Under the pieces are notes generated by a model that saw only the letters and a program-made list of their open reading frames with translations, searched no databases and was not told the DNA's origin. Shown here piece after piece: positions 1-13,400 of a stretch of 64,000 nt of DNA. The position numbers and the translations under genes are program-made. Position 1 is the stretch's first letter. The number at the start of each line of letters is the position of its first letter. This DNA comes from the human T2T-CHM13v2.0 reference genome, Homo sapiens. The stretch lies in assembly GCF_009914755.1 (NCBI RefSeq), contig NC_060937.1. The stretch is one strand, 5' to 3'.

Positions 1-264
1 TAGGGGTCCAAGGAAAGCTTTCTAGAGGATCTACTACCTGAGTTTGGTTTTAACAGAGAAAGAGTGCATTGCTCTGATTACTTCCTGTGTTCAGATACGG
101 TACCTCTAGGGAATCATATCCATTATTTGATCTAGGACTAATAGGGCTTCTAGTTGTCCTTACTTTCACATACTCTGCTATAGTACATAATTAAGTAATT
201 TAAATTTTGTCTCATAGAAGTAGCTGCACTTAACACACTATTACATTTTATCTCAACAGTAGTT

Positions 265-402
265 CAATTTAATCTTTCATCCTCCTTTTACATACGAGGA
301 AATATATATTTAGAGAGGCTAAGTGAGTTGGCAAAAGCTACCTATCTCTTAACAGACCATGACTCAAAACACTGTCTCCTTTCCATTGCACCACACTGCC
401 TC
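265..402 (+). mobile_element. MIR SINE fragment
   Basis: MIR core-like 'cttttacatacgaggaaa...agagaggctaagtgagttggcaaaag' and 3' end 'ctttccattgcaccacactgcctc'. Confidence 0.55.
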
Positions 403-2033
403 CCACTGACAGTTAACTTGGAATGATTAAAGCAAGCCAGGTACCTACAGGTAGCCCTTGGCACACTGCCCTCTTCTTGGGCACATCAAAGACCTCTTGG
501 CATGTGGATAAGAGGGTTTACTAACCAAATTGCCCTGGGCTAACAATATAACTTAGTGATAGGTGCAGGAAACTGTTGGATCTAACATTTTCCCATGATC
601 TCTTCTCATAACTTATCTCAGGGGAATCTATTTCTGTTTCTCTGTTTAATGTATTACCCAGATTCTGAAATCTTTCTAATCCTTGTTTAGTTGCCCCAGG
701 AAAGTCTTAAGACCTTTAAATAGCCTTTTTTCGTGTGGACTTAAAAGATGCTCTAGTTCTTCTAAGTAAGATATTTTTCCTCAAATGACAGATTTTGTAA
801 TACATTATTATATTTTATGTTTCTGTTTCACATGGTGTGAACTCCTACAACAGTATATTCTGCTGAAATCCCTTGCAAAGATGTAGTATTTCCAGTACAG
901 GGACTACATGCATTTATGAGCTAGCCTGAGAATCTAGATACTTCTAGTAAGGCTTCTAGTTGTACTTACTTTCACATACTCAATGTTATATAACACTGGT
1001 TTTATACAAAACAAATATTCTAAGTTTCATCCATCTAGTTTATAGGTAAAGTTTTAGAACATTGCCCATTTATAAATTGGAAACTTTGTGAATTTCATTA
1101 TCAGTCTAACATCACTACAGTTTTAGGCTAGTGGATTTGTTTTAAACATTTCAGATATTTATAATCTCAGAACAAATTGTGGTTGGCTTCCATAGTAACA
1201 ATAATCTCTCATTTTACTTCTGCCAGAGTTGACTCTATTTGCCAAGATTTTCAAGCATGAAAAAGCTACTAAGTAGCTGCCTGGTATAATTTTTGAGCTA
1301 TCTGCTCATACAGATTTAAATCCTAGTTAAAGATGCTGTCTGAACCATCCAGTTATTATCCAGCATCTCCATAGGCAGTTACTGTTCATTTGTCCCATAG
1401 GACTATGAATACACACTTTTTCATTATTGATGGCATGTGGGTAACCATTAGGGAAATAGATAATTCATTCTGTGGTGTCTCCAACACCTTGATAGCAGCT
1501 ATTTGTGTTTCCATTTCAGCTGTGCAGCTGGCATGGTTTCTTAACTTCCCAATGCTTAACAGAAGAGGAGAGAGATTGATATAAGAATACTGAATCTGAG
1601 TTCCACATTACTTCACATGTGATTGGAAGCTGTGATTCACCCAGAGTAATTAATGAGCCCATGGGGTGTGGGGTCCTCATTCTCTGCTGGGATGTGGATG
1701 TCGGCATTGACACACGAACTCCCTTTCCACTTTTTACAGTCTTCACTTGAACCTGCACATTTTTTTTAAATGTATGAACAGTTTTTATTTTTAAACAAGC
1801 TGTTCCCAAAATTATCAATCTAGGATGGACTTAAAGATCTTTAAAGAAATAATAGTGCCTTTATGACTTAGGACTTTTTAATTGTATTTGAAATTGTTTA
1901 GCCTTTTGCCAAATTGTTTTTCGGAAATTCATTGTAATTCACTATGGGTAATGCACTTTTTTGTATTTTTAAAAGACCATTTGCTGGTGGCAGAATCCGT
2001 AACTCGATATACAATATGCAAAACAATGTACAC

Positions 2034-2330
2034 TTTTTTTTTTTTTTGAGACATAGTCTCACTGTGTCACCCAGGTTGGAGTGCAGTGGCACGATCTCAG
2101 CTCCCTGCAACCTCGACTCCTGGGTTCAAGTGATTCTCATGCCTCAGTCTCCCTAGTAGCTGGGATTACAGGCACGCGCCACCATGCCCGGCTAATTTTT
2201 TGTAATTTTTAGTAGAGACGGTGTTTTACCATGTTGCCCGGACTAGTCTCAAACTCCTGAGCTCAGGCAATCCACCTGTCTTGGCTTCCTAAAGCGCTAG
2301 GATTACACGCATGAGCCACCATGCCTGGCC
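2034..2330 (-). mobile_element. Alu (S/J-type), full length, antisense
   Basis: poly-T followed by reverse Alu dimer; 15-bp TSD caatgtacacttttt at 2024-2038 and 2331-2345. Confidence 0.95.
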
Positions 2331-2714
2331 CAATGTACACTTTTTAATTAAAAATAATTAGAATAACTAGAATTTAATTTGTAGGGCAGTTCTGACCTTC
2401 ATTAAAATACAATTTTTATTGTAAAATGTTATCTATGATACAATAGATTTGTCTAATTTATTCTCCTACTAACCTTACGGCAATAATTACAATGTATTTA
2501 CTCCTATACTTTTGAGTTTCAGTTCTTGATATATATAAGTTTTTATTTATTTTTAGTTTTTGGAGAAAATATTACTGGGTAAAAACCTTAAATATATTTA
2601 TATATGTTATAATGCAGAAAGGATTTAAAAAAATGTAATATATCTTTCTTAATTTGAAGAAGGCAAGTCTCTGGGGCATAAGGCAATACAGTTATATGGT
2701 TAAATAGTATGGAA

Positions 2715-3984
2715 CCGTGGTTCTCAAGCTTTTTGGTCTCAGACCGTTTACATTTTAGAAATGTAAAGATCCCAAAGATTTTTTTGTATGTATGTGGATT
2801 ATATAGATATTTATTGTGTTAGAAATTAAAACTGGAAGTTTATAAAGTGTATAAATTAAAATTGGAAAACTGGAAGTTTATAAAGTGTATAAATTAAAAT
2901 TGGAAAACTGGAAGTTTTAATTCATTTAAAAATAGCAGTAGTAAGTTCATTACATACTCACATAAATAAAATTTTATATAAAACAATTGTAATTACAAAA
3001 AATAGAGGTGTGGGATTATATTTTTGTAATTATCTTTAATGTCTGCCTCATAGAAGACAGGCAGATTATTAGGCTCTTAAAGTGAAACATGAAGAAAGTC
3101 AGGCTCACACAAATTTGTAGTTGTAAAGGGAAGAGTATTGTAGTAGAGAATTGTGGGTACTCGTTGGTACGACTCCATCACCCAACAGGAGGCACTTCCT
3201 TAAAGGTCAGTTATATTGTGCCATCTGAAACCTACATCAGAGAAATTGTTGTCTCTTGTTACATCAAAATCTGTTGGTTTGTAGTGAATTTTTTACTCAC
3301 GTTTGCTTGATTTTGTGACACCATTCATTGGTCATTTGGAATATATTGGTTTATGGAGTTATGCAGATTTTTCCAAATGGTGACATGTTTAATATTAATA
3401 GATTACCACAGTGCCATCAAAAAGGTCCCTTAAGTGTCTAGGAGCTATTGGCAACCTCATTCATTTTCTAGTAAATATCTGCCAAACCTCTAAGTCTGAA
3501 CAACCATAGTTTGTCAGTTGTCTTTTTAAATAAAAATGTTGTTACCTGAACAAAGCAGCTAGTTCAGCTCACAATTCAAATGTATTTCAATACATAGCAC
3601 AAAATGCTTTATGTGCACTTCCAGTGTTGTCACACATTTGTCACACAATGTGTTAAAAAGATGTGTACTTGTTAGTTGAGATAAAATAATTTTTACTGCT
3701 TCTTCTTTGACATTCTTAAGTAAAACTGGATTATTCCCTCATTTACCGTGAGCTCATGGTGATAAAGAATACAGTGACTCCAACACGTGAGGCCACTACC
3801 TTGATTCTTACAAAGGCACCAGCAATTTTACCCATCATTGCTTATGCATCATTAGTGCAAGTGTCAAACAGTGAAAAAAGTAAATGATATTTTAGTATTA
3901 TTATGAGCATAATACTGATCTTGTGGACCCCATTAGAGGGTCTTGGGGACCCTCAGGTTTCTGACCACCTTTTGAGAACCACTG
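2715..3984. mobile_element. hAT-Charlie1-like DNA transposon
   Basis: TIRs ccgtggttctcaa (2715-2727) and ttgagaaccactg (3972-3984); degenerate 8-bp TSD gtatggaa/gcatagaa. Confidence 0.75.
2828..2917 (+). repeat. 38-bp tandem repeat, ~2.4 copies, perfect
   Basis: aaaactggaagtttataaagtgtataaattaaaattgg starts at 2828 and 2866, partial copy at 2904. Confidence 0.95.
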
Positions 3985-5379
3985 GCATAGAAAGATCTCA
4001 GATTTAATAGAGCCCTCAAAGTTCATCCAGTTTAACAGCTCTAAATTCCTCTATGCTATCCTTGCCAAGTATTTATTTAGATTATGCTGAATACTTGCAG
4101 TTTCTGTGAATAATCGTGCTAAATGAATAAAAATAAGTGTCACAGACAGCTGTTTGATGGAAAGTAATAGAGATTCTTAATCCTGGAGTTATGTTTTGTC
4201 CTGCTTTTAAAACATTGCATAAGTTTCCACTTGGTTTCTCTAAGTAATCAACCTTGATGAAATCCAGAGACTACTAAAATTATGTTGTGAAGGAAAGATA
4301 CAGCTAAGGTTTTGATTTTCCTTTGCTATATGTAATGACAATTGTCATCTTTCTTTGATTTTTCTTTGTCTGCTCTATAATTAAATGAACTTACGTTAGG
4401 TATGTAGTTATTTATATCCATATCTGTCTCCCGAGTACCTCAAGAGTTGCTTGAACGTTACTGAGTAGATCACAAGCTACTTGAGAGCAAGGACTGTATA
4501 GTATACTAGGATGCATTGGAATCTGATGACCATCTCTTACGGAAGAGGCTGGGAAATCAACTGTAGGCCTGCTTCAGTGGTCCACGCTGGGTTTCACAGC
4601 TCCCCTGGGAGCCTGCAGTGATATTCTGAGGACTCATACCATTCGTAGTGGGCATGACTTCAATATTGATCTCTTTTTCTAAAGCATCAGTTTATAAAAT
4701 AGTTATTTAAATGAAATATTTTTCCTTAAAAATGGAACCATTCGTGATCCTATATGAACACAGGAGATGATTAGTAGACATCAGAGAAGCATGGCCATCA
4801 CTCATGCCCTTAGCTGACTTACCATCCAGCTAACACTGTTAGCCAGCAAGGTGGTCTGAGAGCTTTACAGTTCTAGACGGCTCTTATTTTTAGTCTCAAA
4901 TTGTTTATTGTATACCCGTCATGGACTTAAATTTAGAGACAGTAAGTAGGGAGCACTAGAGGTGACTACAACCAGCCAATTAGGACCATAAATCCTCAAG
5001 ATGAGCACCATATATTAAATTGCATCAGATGATCAAACTACTTATGTAGTATAGCAGGATGTCACTAATACTGCAAAACCATTCTTGTAAAAGGAAAACA
5101 ATCATATCTAATTTATACAGTACATGATAATAAAGATTAGTTATGCTTTCAGTAGATTATTTTTTGAGACACACTCACTAATATCAATGTGACACCTCAA
5201 ACCACTTCATTTAGAAAGCACAAAAGTTGTTTCTAAGGTTGATTTTTTTTTCATTCAAATACAAGACTGGTACAGGTTATAATAAACTGTAATACTTAAA
5301 TCTTAGCTACATATCCTGGGTTTTTAAAAAATGTATTTGTTTACACATCATGCTTTTTTTGTGTATAATTAGCATAAAG

Positions 5380-5830
5380 TCTGCAAAACGTTGGGAAGGG
5401 AGCAGGATGTGTTTAGTTTTGGATAAGTTTGAAATATCAGTGAAGCATCAGGTACGTGAGGAACAGGTAAATTGAGATTGTAGATGAAGAGTAGACTTGT
5501 AGATTGGGAATAATTCATACACAGGTGTGATAATTGGAGCCATGAAAAGGAATGAAATCACTGAGGGAAAGAACATAGTATCCTAAATGAGTGGAGAAGA
5601 CCTTGGAAAATGCCTGCTTTTCGGGGTATAGGGCAGAGAGAAACAGCAATTTGAGTGTAGAGGAGAAGCCAATAGCAGATGACACTTTGGGGGTCTGGTG
5701 TTGCAGTGTGGATTGAGAAAAATCCACTAGATTTATTTTAAAGTGAAGTTTACATTGTATGAGAGATCATTATGAGAAGTCAGTCAGCAAGTTCTCAGAT
5801 AGTAAATGGTTAAGGAGTTACTGGCGGTGG
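5380..5830 (-). mobile_element. LINE-2 fragment
   Basis: purine-rich degenerate L2-like motifs (gtttagttttggataagtttgaaa..., ggagccatgaaaaggaatgaaatcact). Confidence 0.5.
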
Positions 5831-8800
5831 TTAAAACCACAGATTGGTGGGTTTTAGAAATGTCTGACATGTAATACCAGATCTGATAACATAGCAAACA
5901 GAAAATTGAGAAATGGGACTGTCAGGTATTCATTTAAGATGTAGACATAAGGTTAAAAATACATACAATAATGATGTAAAAGAAGACTGGAAGATGAGAA
6001 GTTATTGATTATCTACATTTCTATATTCTACATGGAACAGGTCTAATTGGCTCTCCTACTCAGCAGCCCTTCTAGTTGGTATAAGTTTGAGTGTATTAAA
6101 TGCATCCTTTTTCCTGATTTTTATGATGCCAAGATGTTATCAGCAAATGGATTTCACATGCAGAAGAACCCAACAAATAATACATCTCCTCTGAAGACAC
6201 GTTTTATAGGTGTTTTACCACATGGGACATACTTGATTGCTTCACTCATTCTTCATGACTAGTAGCAGTGGTCTTGGGGTCAATTGGACATTGATACTCA
6301 CAAGACCCAGTATACCATAGTGGACCGTACTGTGCATCAGCCTTTCTGCTTTTTTGAAAACCCAACATGTCAGTGTTAGGTATATTGTTCCAGATGATAG
6401 CTCAGGTCTAGTGGAAAATGACACAAGGGTGGGAGTGAGCACCACCCTGGCTTAGCTGCTTCATGCTCCACAGGAAACAGTGTCTTTTTGTGACAGCATG
6501 TGAGTATAGCATCCAGGACTAAGCAAATGACAAGCCAATTACAGGTCGTATTCAATTCAGAAAAGCCCCTGTTTATACTTCCCACTGGGCATGTTTAGCC
6601 CTGCTCACTGTCCTCTCAGTCCAGATGTAGCTCATCAGTAGGAGCCATTTTTACTACACTGTTGCTTAGAAACACAGCTGATATCCCACCTTTATCAGGT
6701 TTCCAGGGAAACAGTGCAGGAAGGTTAAGGAGAGGTCATTTTTTATCTGAAGAGGGAGAAAGGTTTTGTTAACCGTTTACTCACACTAATTTATTGACAA
6801 AATCAATAGAAAACATAATGCTGGCTGTAGGATCCATGCAGTCGACTTTATTAGAGGCAGTGTTTGTTTCTATTGACTGTCATAACATCTGGGTATGAAG
6901 TTGTTTTTACATCTCAGCAGATGGTGCATGGTAATTATGCTTTGCTGATACTTTCAGCAAATTCAGTAAATTAAAAATCCTTCCTGATATTGTTCACTTG
7001 TCCTGGTTCCTTTAAGATCACCTTTGAGATGGAAATATATATCATACAGACTAGGGAACAGAGATTATTAGCAAGTGGGGTTAGGTAAAAATAAGGCAAT
7101 CCGTGAGTGGAGTTCTTACTCTAAACCAGCAATATAAGAATATGTTAAGGAGAAAACACACCCATACCCACGCACTCCGCCACCCCAGAGCAATTTTTAT
7201 TAACCTGTTCTTAAAAATGACTTCCATTTGATATTACTCAAGATGAATGGACTTTTATTCCGACTTCCATAGTGCAACAACTGATTGTGAGATTATGATT
7301 GTTTATCACAAAACAGTTTAGTTAATGTGACTTTTCAGGAATGTTTTGTGGAAAACGGTAAGTTTATCCCTTATTATTCCTAGCCAGTAATAGACCCAAA
7401 CAAATACGCCCATTTTTCTGATGTTGTTTTAAACATATATGCCCACTGCTCAGAATACTTTTTTTAAAATAAATTGAATAATTCGTATATGTAATTAGAT
7501 TATTTTAAAAATGTTTTAGTCGTAAGTATATATAAAGTGCTGTACTAGATATTAGAGATGCAATAGTGAAAAAGAGATATACAATTCCTAGTCTTATAAA
7601 TTTTAATTCAGTATTTGCTAAAATTAGATGTTAGAGGCTACTAAAACGAAAATAACTTTTCAAAGTTCATTAGTTGAAAATTTAACTATGTAAATTGATA
7701 TAAATGTAAATATAAGATTCAAATTTTAAAATATGCCTTATTCGTGTATTTGGAGCTATTTTATCTGGTTTTATATAATTTTTTAAGTAAGAACTAATTT
7801 GAGCAGAACACAGTAAGAAAGTAGTAGAGCCAGAAATACCAGTCACAAAAGCAAATAAAGTTAACATGTCTGTAACATTTATGAATGATCTCATTATTAA
7901 TCTTACTTGATACTAATGACCAGCCTCATAGGTAAGCATTTTAAAAACTCATTCTACTGAAAAGGCAATTGAGACTGGAAATAAGTGATAAATAGTTATT
8001 CAGGGAGGATGTGATACTGTAATAAAACTTGCTACCACTGGGTGGCAGTGTTGATTTCTGGGAAATCAGAAAAATGTTGGTTTATGCTCAAAAAGGTTCA
8101 GTTCATTTGAATAATAATTCAAATGTAAAAGTCTATGTTTAGTGAAATAATAGAAAAAAATCAAATTTGTTAAATCATCCAACTCATTATTTGTATAATC
8201 AATCTATAACCTCTTTATAGCAGTTTGGTCAGTGGGAAAGAAGGAAATGTAGTATTTTTAAAAGTTCAGTAAATAAGCATAAGTAGACGAATAGTACATA
8301 AGAAAATTTGTAACATATCTCAATTCTTTTGCCTTTTTAAGACAACATGTATAAACCTTTTGATAACAAAAAATTCTCTTTTAATAGTTTTTACTTTCTT
8401 TATATCAGTTAACATATTTTAGTAATCTTTTTAAGAATTGTTCTCCAGTGAGTCATTTTACTTTATTTATCTCTGTTTCTCAGAGGATTTCTGTGTATTT
8501 GTTTCACACTGAACCCTCAAGTATTTATTGCCTTATCAATACATTTTAGCAATCTATTGACCCCAGGACGTGAAACTTCATTAAAGAGTATATAAAAGAT
8601 ACTGCCGATCTCATGACACTAGCAATATGATATTTATTTTTAATTACATATGAAAGATAAATCATTAATAATTTTCTTAAAACTAATACAATATTAGAAT
8701 CTAGTGTTTAAGCAAATTATTTAAGTTTAGTATTAAAACTTCGAGGTAGAGGGGGGATACTTTTATTCTTTCTTTCCCTAGTTGTTTTTTTTTGTTTTAT

Positions 8801-9369
8801 TTTGTTTTGCCCAACTCCTTACCCTAGTTTCTTTAGTTTTTGCTACCGTATGTGAAAAAAATTGACAAAGTATATTAGATTGGTCTTGCTATGTTGGAAT
8901 TTCTGAACTGCCTTTTCAGTACAGTTTGCCCTGGACATACGTAACCTAACAGCAGATGTACCACAATCTCTAGAATCATGCTTGTTTGCCTCCCAGCTCT
9001 TCTACATTGAGAAGCAGATGATAGCCAGTCTACTTATGCCCCTGAGCTTCTGTTTTCTCATTAAAAAAAAAAAATGACACTATCGCATCAACTTTTTTTG
9101 GGTCAAATCCGTGAGAACACGTATATGAAGAATAAGCACTTGTTAAAAATGAGTTAATTTGAAGAATATTAGTGTTTCCTAAATATGACAGTGGAGGGAT
9201 ATGGTAGAAAGGAAACTGTTGAGAACAGAAAGGACAAGGGAAATTATAGCAGCTACTTTTGTGGATGGACTGTACCTATTACCATATTTAACAATTACAT
9301 GTGGCCTAGTACCATAGTTTATTATATTGTGGATTTTTAAAAGAATAGATAGACGTTGAATTATTGATA

Positions 9370-9389
9370 TTCTCCCTCTCTCTCTCTAG
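9370..9389 (+). promoter_or_regulatory. ABHD13: 3' splice acceptor of the ABHD13 coding exon (exon starts 9390, 20 nt before the ATG)
   Basis: polypyrimidine tract ttctccctctctctctct followed by AG at 9388-9389. Confidence 0.85.
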
Positions 9390-9409
9390 GATACTTACAG
9401 AGAGCTACA

Positions 9410-10423
9410 ATGGAAAAGTCCTGGATGCTGTGGAACTTTGTTGAAAGATGGCTAATAGCCTTGGCTTCATGGTCTTGGGCTCTCTGCCGTATTTCTCTTT
9501 TACCTTTAATAGTGACTTTTCATCTGTATGGAGGCATTATCTTACTTTTGTTAATATTCATATCAATAGCAGGTATTCTGTATAAATTCCAGGATGTATT
9601 GCTTTATTTTCCAGAACAGCCATCCTCTTCACGTCTTTATGTTCCCATGCCCACTGGCATTCCACATGAAAACATTTTCATCAGAACCAAAGATGGAATA
9701 CGTCTGAATCTTATTTTGATACGATACACTGGAGACAATTCACCCTATTCCCCAACTATAATTTATTTTCATGGGAATGCAGGCAACATAGGTCACAGGT
9801 TGCCAAATGCATTACTTATGTTGGTTAACCTCAAAGTTAACCTTTTGCTGGTTGATTATCGAGGATATGGAAAAAGTGAAGGAGAAGCAAGTGAAGAAGG
9901 ACTCTACTTAGATTCTGAAGCTGTGTTAGACTACGTGATGACTAGACCTGACCTTGATAAAACAAAAATTTTTCTTTTTGGCCGTTCCTTGGGTGGAGCA
10001 GTGGCTATTCATTTGGCTTCTGAAAATTCACATAGGATTTCAGCCATTATGGTGGAGAACACATTTTTAAGCATACCACATATGGCCAGCACTTTATTTT
10101 CATTCTTTCCGATGCGTTACCTTCCTTTATGGTGCTACAAAAATAAATTTTTGTCCTACAGAAAAATCTCTCAGTGTAGAATGCCTTCACTTTTCATCTC
10201 TGGACTCTCAGATCAATTAATTCCACCAGTAATGATGAAACAACTTTATGAACTCTCCCCATCTCGGACTAAGAGATTAGCCATTTTTCCAGATGGGACT
10301 CACAATGACACATGGCAGTGCCAAGGCTATTTCACTGCACTTGAACAGTTCATCAAAGAAGTCGTAAAGAGCCATTCTCCTGAAGAAATGGCAAAAACTT
10401 CATCTAATGTAACAATTATATAA
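9410..10423 (+). CDS. ABHD13: Alpha/beta hydrolase domain-containing protein 13 (337 aa, single coding exon)
   Basis: intact [13 protein letters not shown]...; N-terminal hydrophobic anchor, FHGNAG oxyanion motif, DYRGYG, nucleophile elbow GRSLG, candidate catalytic Asp (SDQLIP) and His (GTHND). Confidence 0.98.
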   Translation: MEKSWMLWNFVERWLIALASWSWALCRISLLPLIVTFHLYGGIILLLLIFISIAGILYKFQDVLLYFPEQPSSSRLYVPMPTGIPHENIFIRTKDGIRLNLILIRYTGDNSPYSPTIIYFHGNAGNIGHRLPNALLMLVNLKVNLLLVDYRGYGKSEGEASEEGLYLDSEAVLDYVMTRPDLDKTKIFLFGRSLGGAVAIHLASENSHRISAIMVENTFLSIPHMASTLFSFFPMRYLPLWCYKNKFLSYRKISQCRMPSLFISGLSDQLIPPVMMKQLYELSPSRTKRLAIFPDGTHNDTWQCQGYFTALEQFIKEVVKSHSPEEMAKTSSNVTII

Positions 10424-13400
10424 TGTTTCCCTTTTTGATTATTGCATTGTATTTTAATTTGTGCAGAATGATAAAGAATGTTCCTTTTAGAAGTGTGTTA
10501 TGTCTGTACCTGTCTGAAGAGTGACATTAAACTTTGAAAGGACTTCACTGCTCCTTTACGATATTCCAAATAGTTTTTTACATTGGAAAAACTAATTCTT
10601 GGGATTCTTTCATACATTTTCATCAAAACTTTCAGTGTGATTATGTATTCATATCTTCAGTTTAATATGTCAGTATAATAGATATTGTTCAAAAGTTTCT
10701 TGTTGCTAAAGTGGTGTAATCTGTTACACAGATGAATAGCTAGATGTGGAAAGAGATATGTAAACAAGAAACCTTTGGGTATTGTTTCTTAAGTAAATAT
10801 TGGGACAATCATGGTAAGCAAACTTAGTTCTGTAACTGCATTTTTCACCTTAAAAGTTAAATGAAATGCATGATGGTATTTTATTCCTTGAATTATGCAA
10901 TGCAACATTTTACATGTAAATAGCACTGGTCATATACTGATGTATATGGTTATCTGGGTTATATCTATTTTTATGTAAACTCTATTTTGTTTTTGGCAAG
11001 AAGTGAAATTGAGACTTATGTGCAGGTTGCCATTGAATTTTGCTCTGGTGAATGCTGAGATCCAGCTTTTTCTTACAAATAAATGGGACCCTGTTTTCCA
11101 ATACAAATGTACCGTGTTTTTGTTAGGTACAGTCTGGATCATGGCATGTAGAAATAGAAATTTAGAATTTTACTGCAGCTTTGATGTGCATATTTGAACT
11201 TTTTAACATTTGTAACTTTGGTGGCAAAGAGAATTTTAGCTTCTATCGATTTTGTAAGTCTTCAGCTGAACCACTAATAGCAGTCATAGTGAAGATTAGC
11301 ACTACTTAGAATTAAATTAGGAAGTCTTTTATCATTGCAGGATTGTACATACTACTTTATAAAAATTCTCACCTTTGATTTTAAATCCCAGTACCTAGTT
11401 ATATCTAACCTATCAAAGGCAAGATATCATTTATTGGACTTCTTGAAAATAAAAGTTACAAAATCCAACAACAACAACAACAAAACAATGTTCTTGGTTT
11501 TAATGTTCCAGTTGCTGTGAAATAGAACTCCTACAATCAAAAGACAGTTTTAGGAAGTCTTATTTATTGATTTTAAAAGTTTTACATGTAGGAGTGTGGG
11601 AATGAAGGAATTCTGGAGCTTTTTGACACAAAACCTATTACCACATTTAGCAGTTAAATGGCTATAGGTGGGAAGTAGGATTTAGATGTATAGAAAAGTA
11701 AGAAAATCTTACTTAGAAAAAAGCCCCTTGAAACTTGCAGGATTTACTTAATAAAAATACACGCTATGAGTCATAATTGTGCCAAGTTGTTTCATGCAGT
11801 CCTCAAAAATTAGATGTAATTGAGCTTTGTGTAATATTATGTCAGCTTTAACATATAATATTTTGAATATTTTAGCTATATTTAGTGGCTTTCTGCAAGC
11901 AACTAGAACAGAGAAGTAATGGGTCAATAATCTTGACCTTAATTTAAAACTTTCAATGGAGATAGGGCTAGAAATACTTTTGCCAAATAGCATTCTTATT
12001 CACTTTATGCCGGTATTTAGAAAAAATAAATTATAGCAAGTATGATTTCTAAGAATGTTTTTCTATAAATTACTAATTGTAAAAAGTCTTGCTTTTTAAA
12101 ACAAGTTGGTAATGCATATCATGGAAGGCATATTTTGTATGTATAAATTCACCACAATTAAAGATTATTCTTGTCAGTCCTTGCTATGTAGAATGACTAT
12201 TCTAAATATTAATGTATTAAAAAGAAAATACAACAAAATGTATATTTAGACACGAGCTTACATGGCATACCTTATATTTGTATCATTCTTTAAAGTTTAC
12301 AAAAAAAAACCTTATGTTTTTATGTAATCAGTCATTACACTAGGGAGAAATTTATCAGCTTTAGTTCTAAATATGCTCATGAGGTATAAAAGCTATTTCT
12401 TCATCAGTATTTTGCTTTTATGCTGCTTTTTCTTTTTGATACTCCAGGTTTATAAACTATCTTTTAAAATTTTAAGCCAGGACTTCAAAAATTGTAGAGT
12501 ACTTGTTTGGCGTTCCCTACCTTCATTCTCTTAGGGTTAAGGAGCCTTTCTTTCTGCAGCTAAGGGCAGAGGCTGTGCCTAGGGCTATACCACCACTAGC
12601 ATCTGTATTTGAGACTGTTTCCTTAGATGGGTAAGAGGTGGAAAACAAACTTAGTATCAGGGGTCCATGAAGCCCATGGCATCATTTTTGAAAATATTTC
12701 TAGTTTTGTAGCCAAAGCAATTGGTTTTAGTAAAATGAGACTTCTTCAGGAGTCACTCCTTTACTGTGGACCCATTGCTTAGTGGGAATGGAAGTATATG
12801 TATCTATCTTGTGTATTAACTTCTGACTTATTTATACAAGAGCAGCTATAGGAGTTTACAAAAGAACTTTAAGTTATTAAGTTACTATAAATTTGGGGAT
12901 CCTAGAGTGATCTTAAATATGGCAAGATACAGCTCATTTAGAATAAAATCTCACATCCATTATTTTAAAGGGAATGATTGGGGGGAAAAACTGGTGAAAA
13001 AGAAATATAAAAAGGACCCTAAAAAGAATTCTGCAAAATAAGAGAAGAAATAATTTGTGACAGGTAATAGAATACTAGTAGGATAGAAACAACTAGAAAG
13101 GAAAGTGTGACACAGTTTTTAAATTTAGATGTAGAAAATAATGAATTAATGAGATTGGTGAAAGGAAATCATGCAAAACATTTGAATGCAAAGCATTTCT
13201 AACAAAAAGTGACTGGAGCACTTGCCATTGCAACAACCCTGTTTTTGCAATTAGGTTTTTGACTGTTAAAATGGATATTTTCATAAAAATGGTGTTCTGA
13301 ATTTTGCTACAGGGCTGCTTAAATTTATGATTACCTGTAGACACTTGATATTTACATAGATTACAGCTTTGGTAATATGTCACTGGAGTAATTACGCTGT

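Noticed and set aside
2828-2917. CRISPR-like array (this repeat, also 61940-61980)
   Set aside because: Head-to-tail tandem copies without unique spacers, no cas genes, and the DNA is mammalian.
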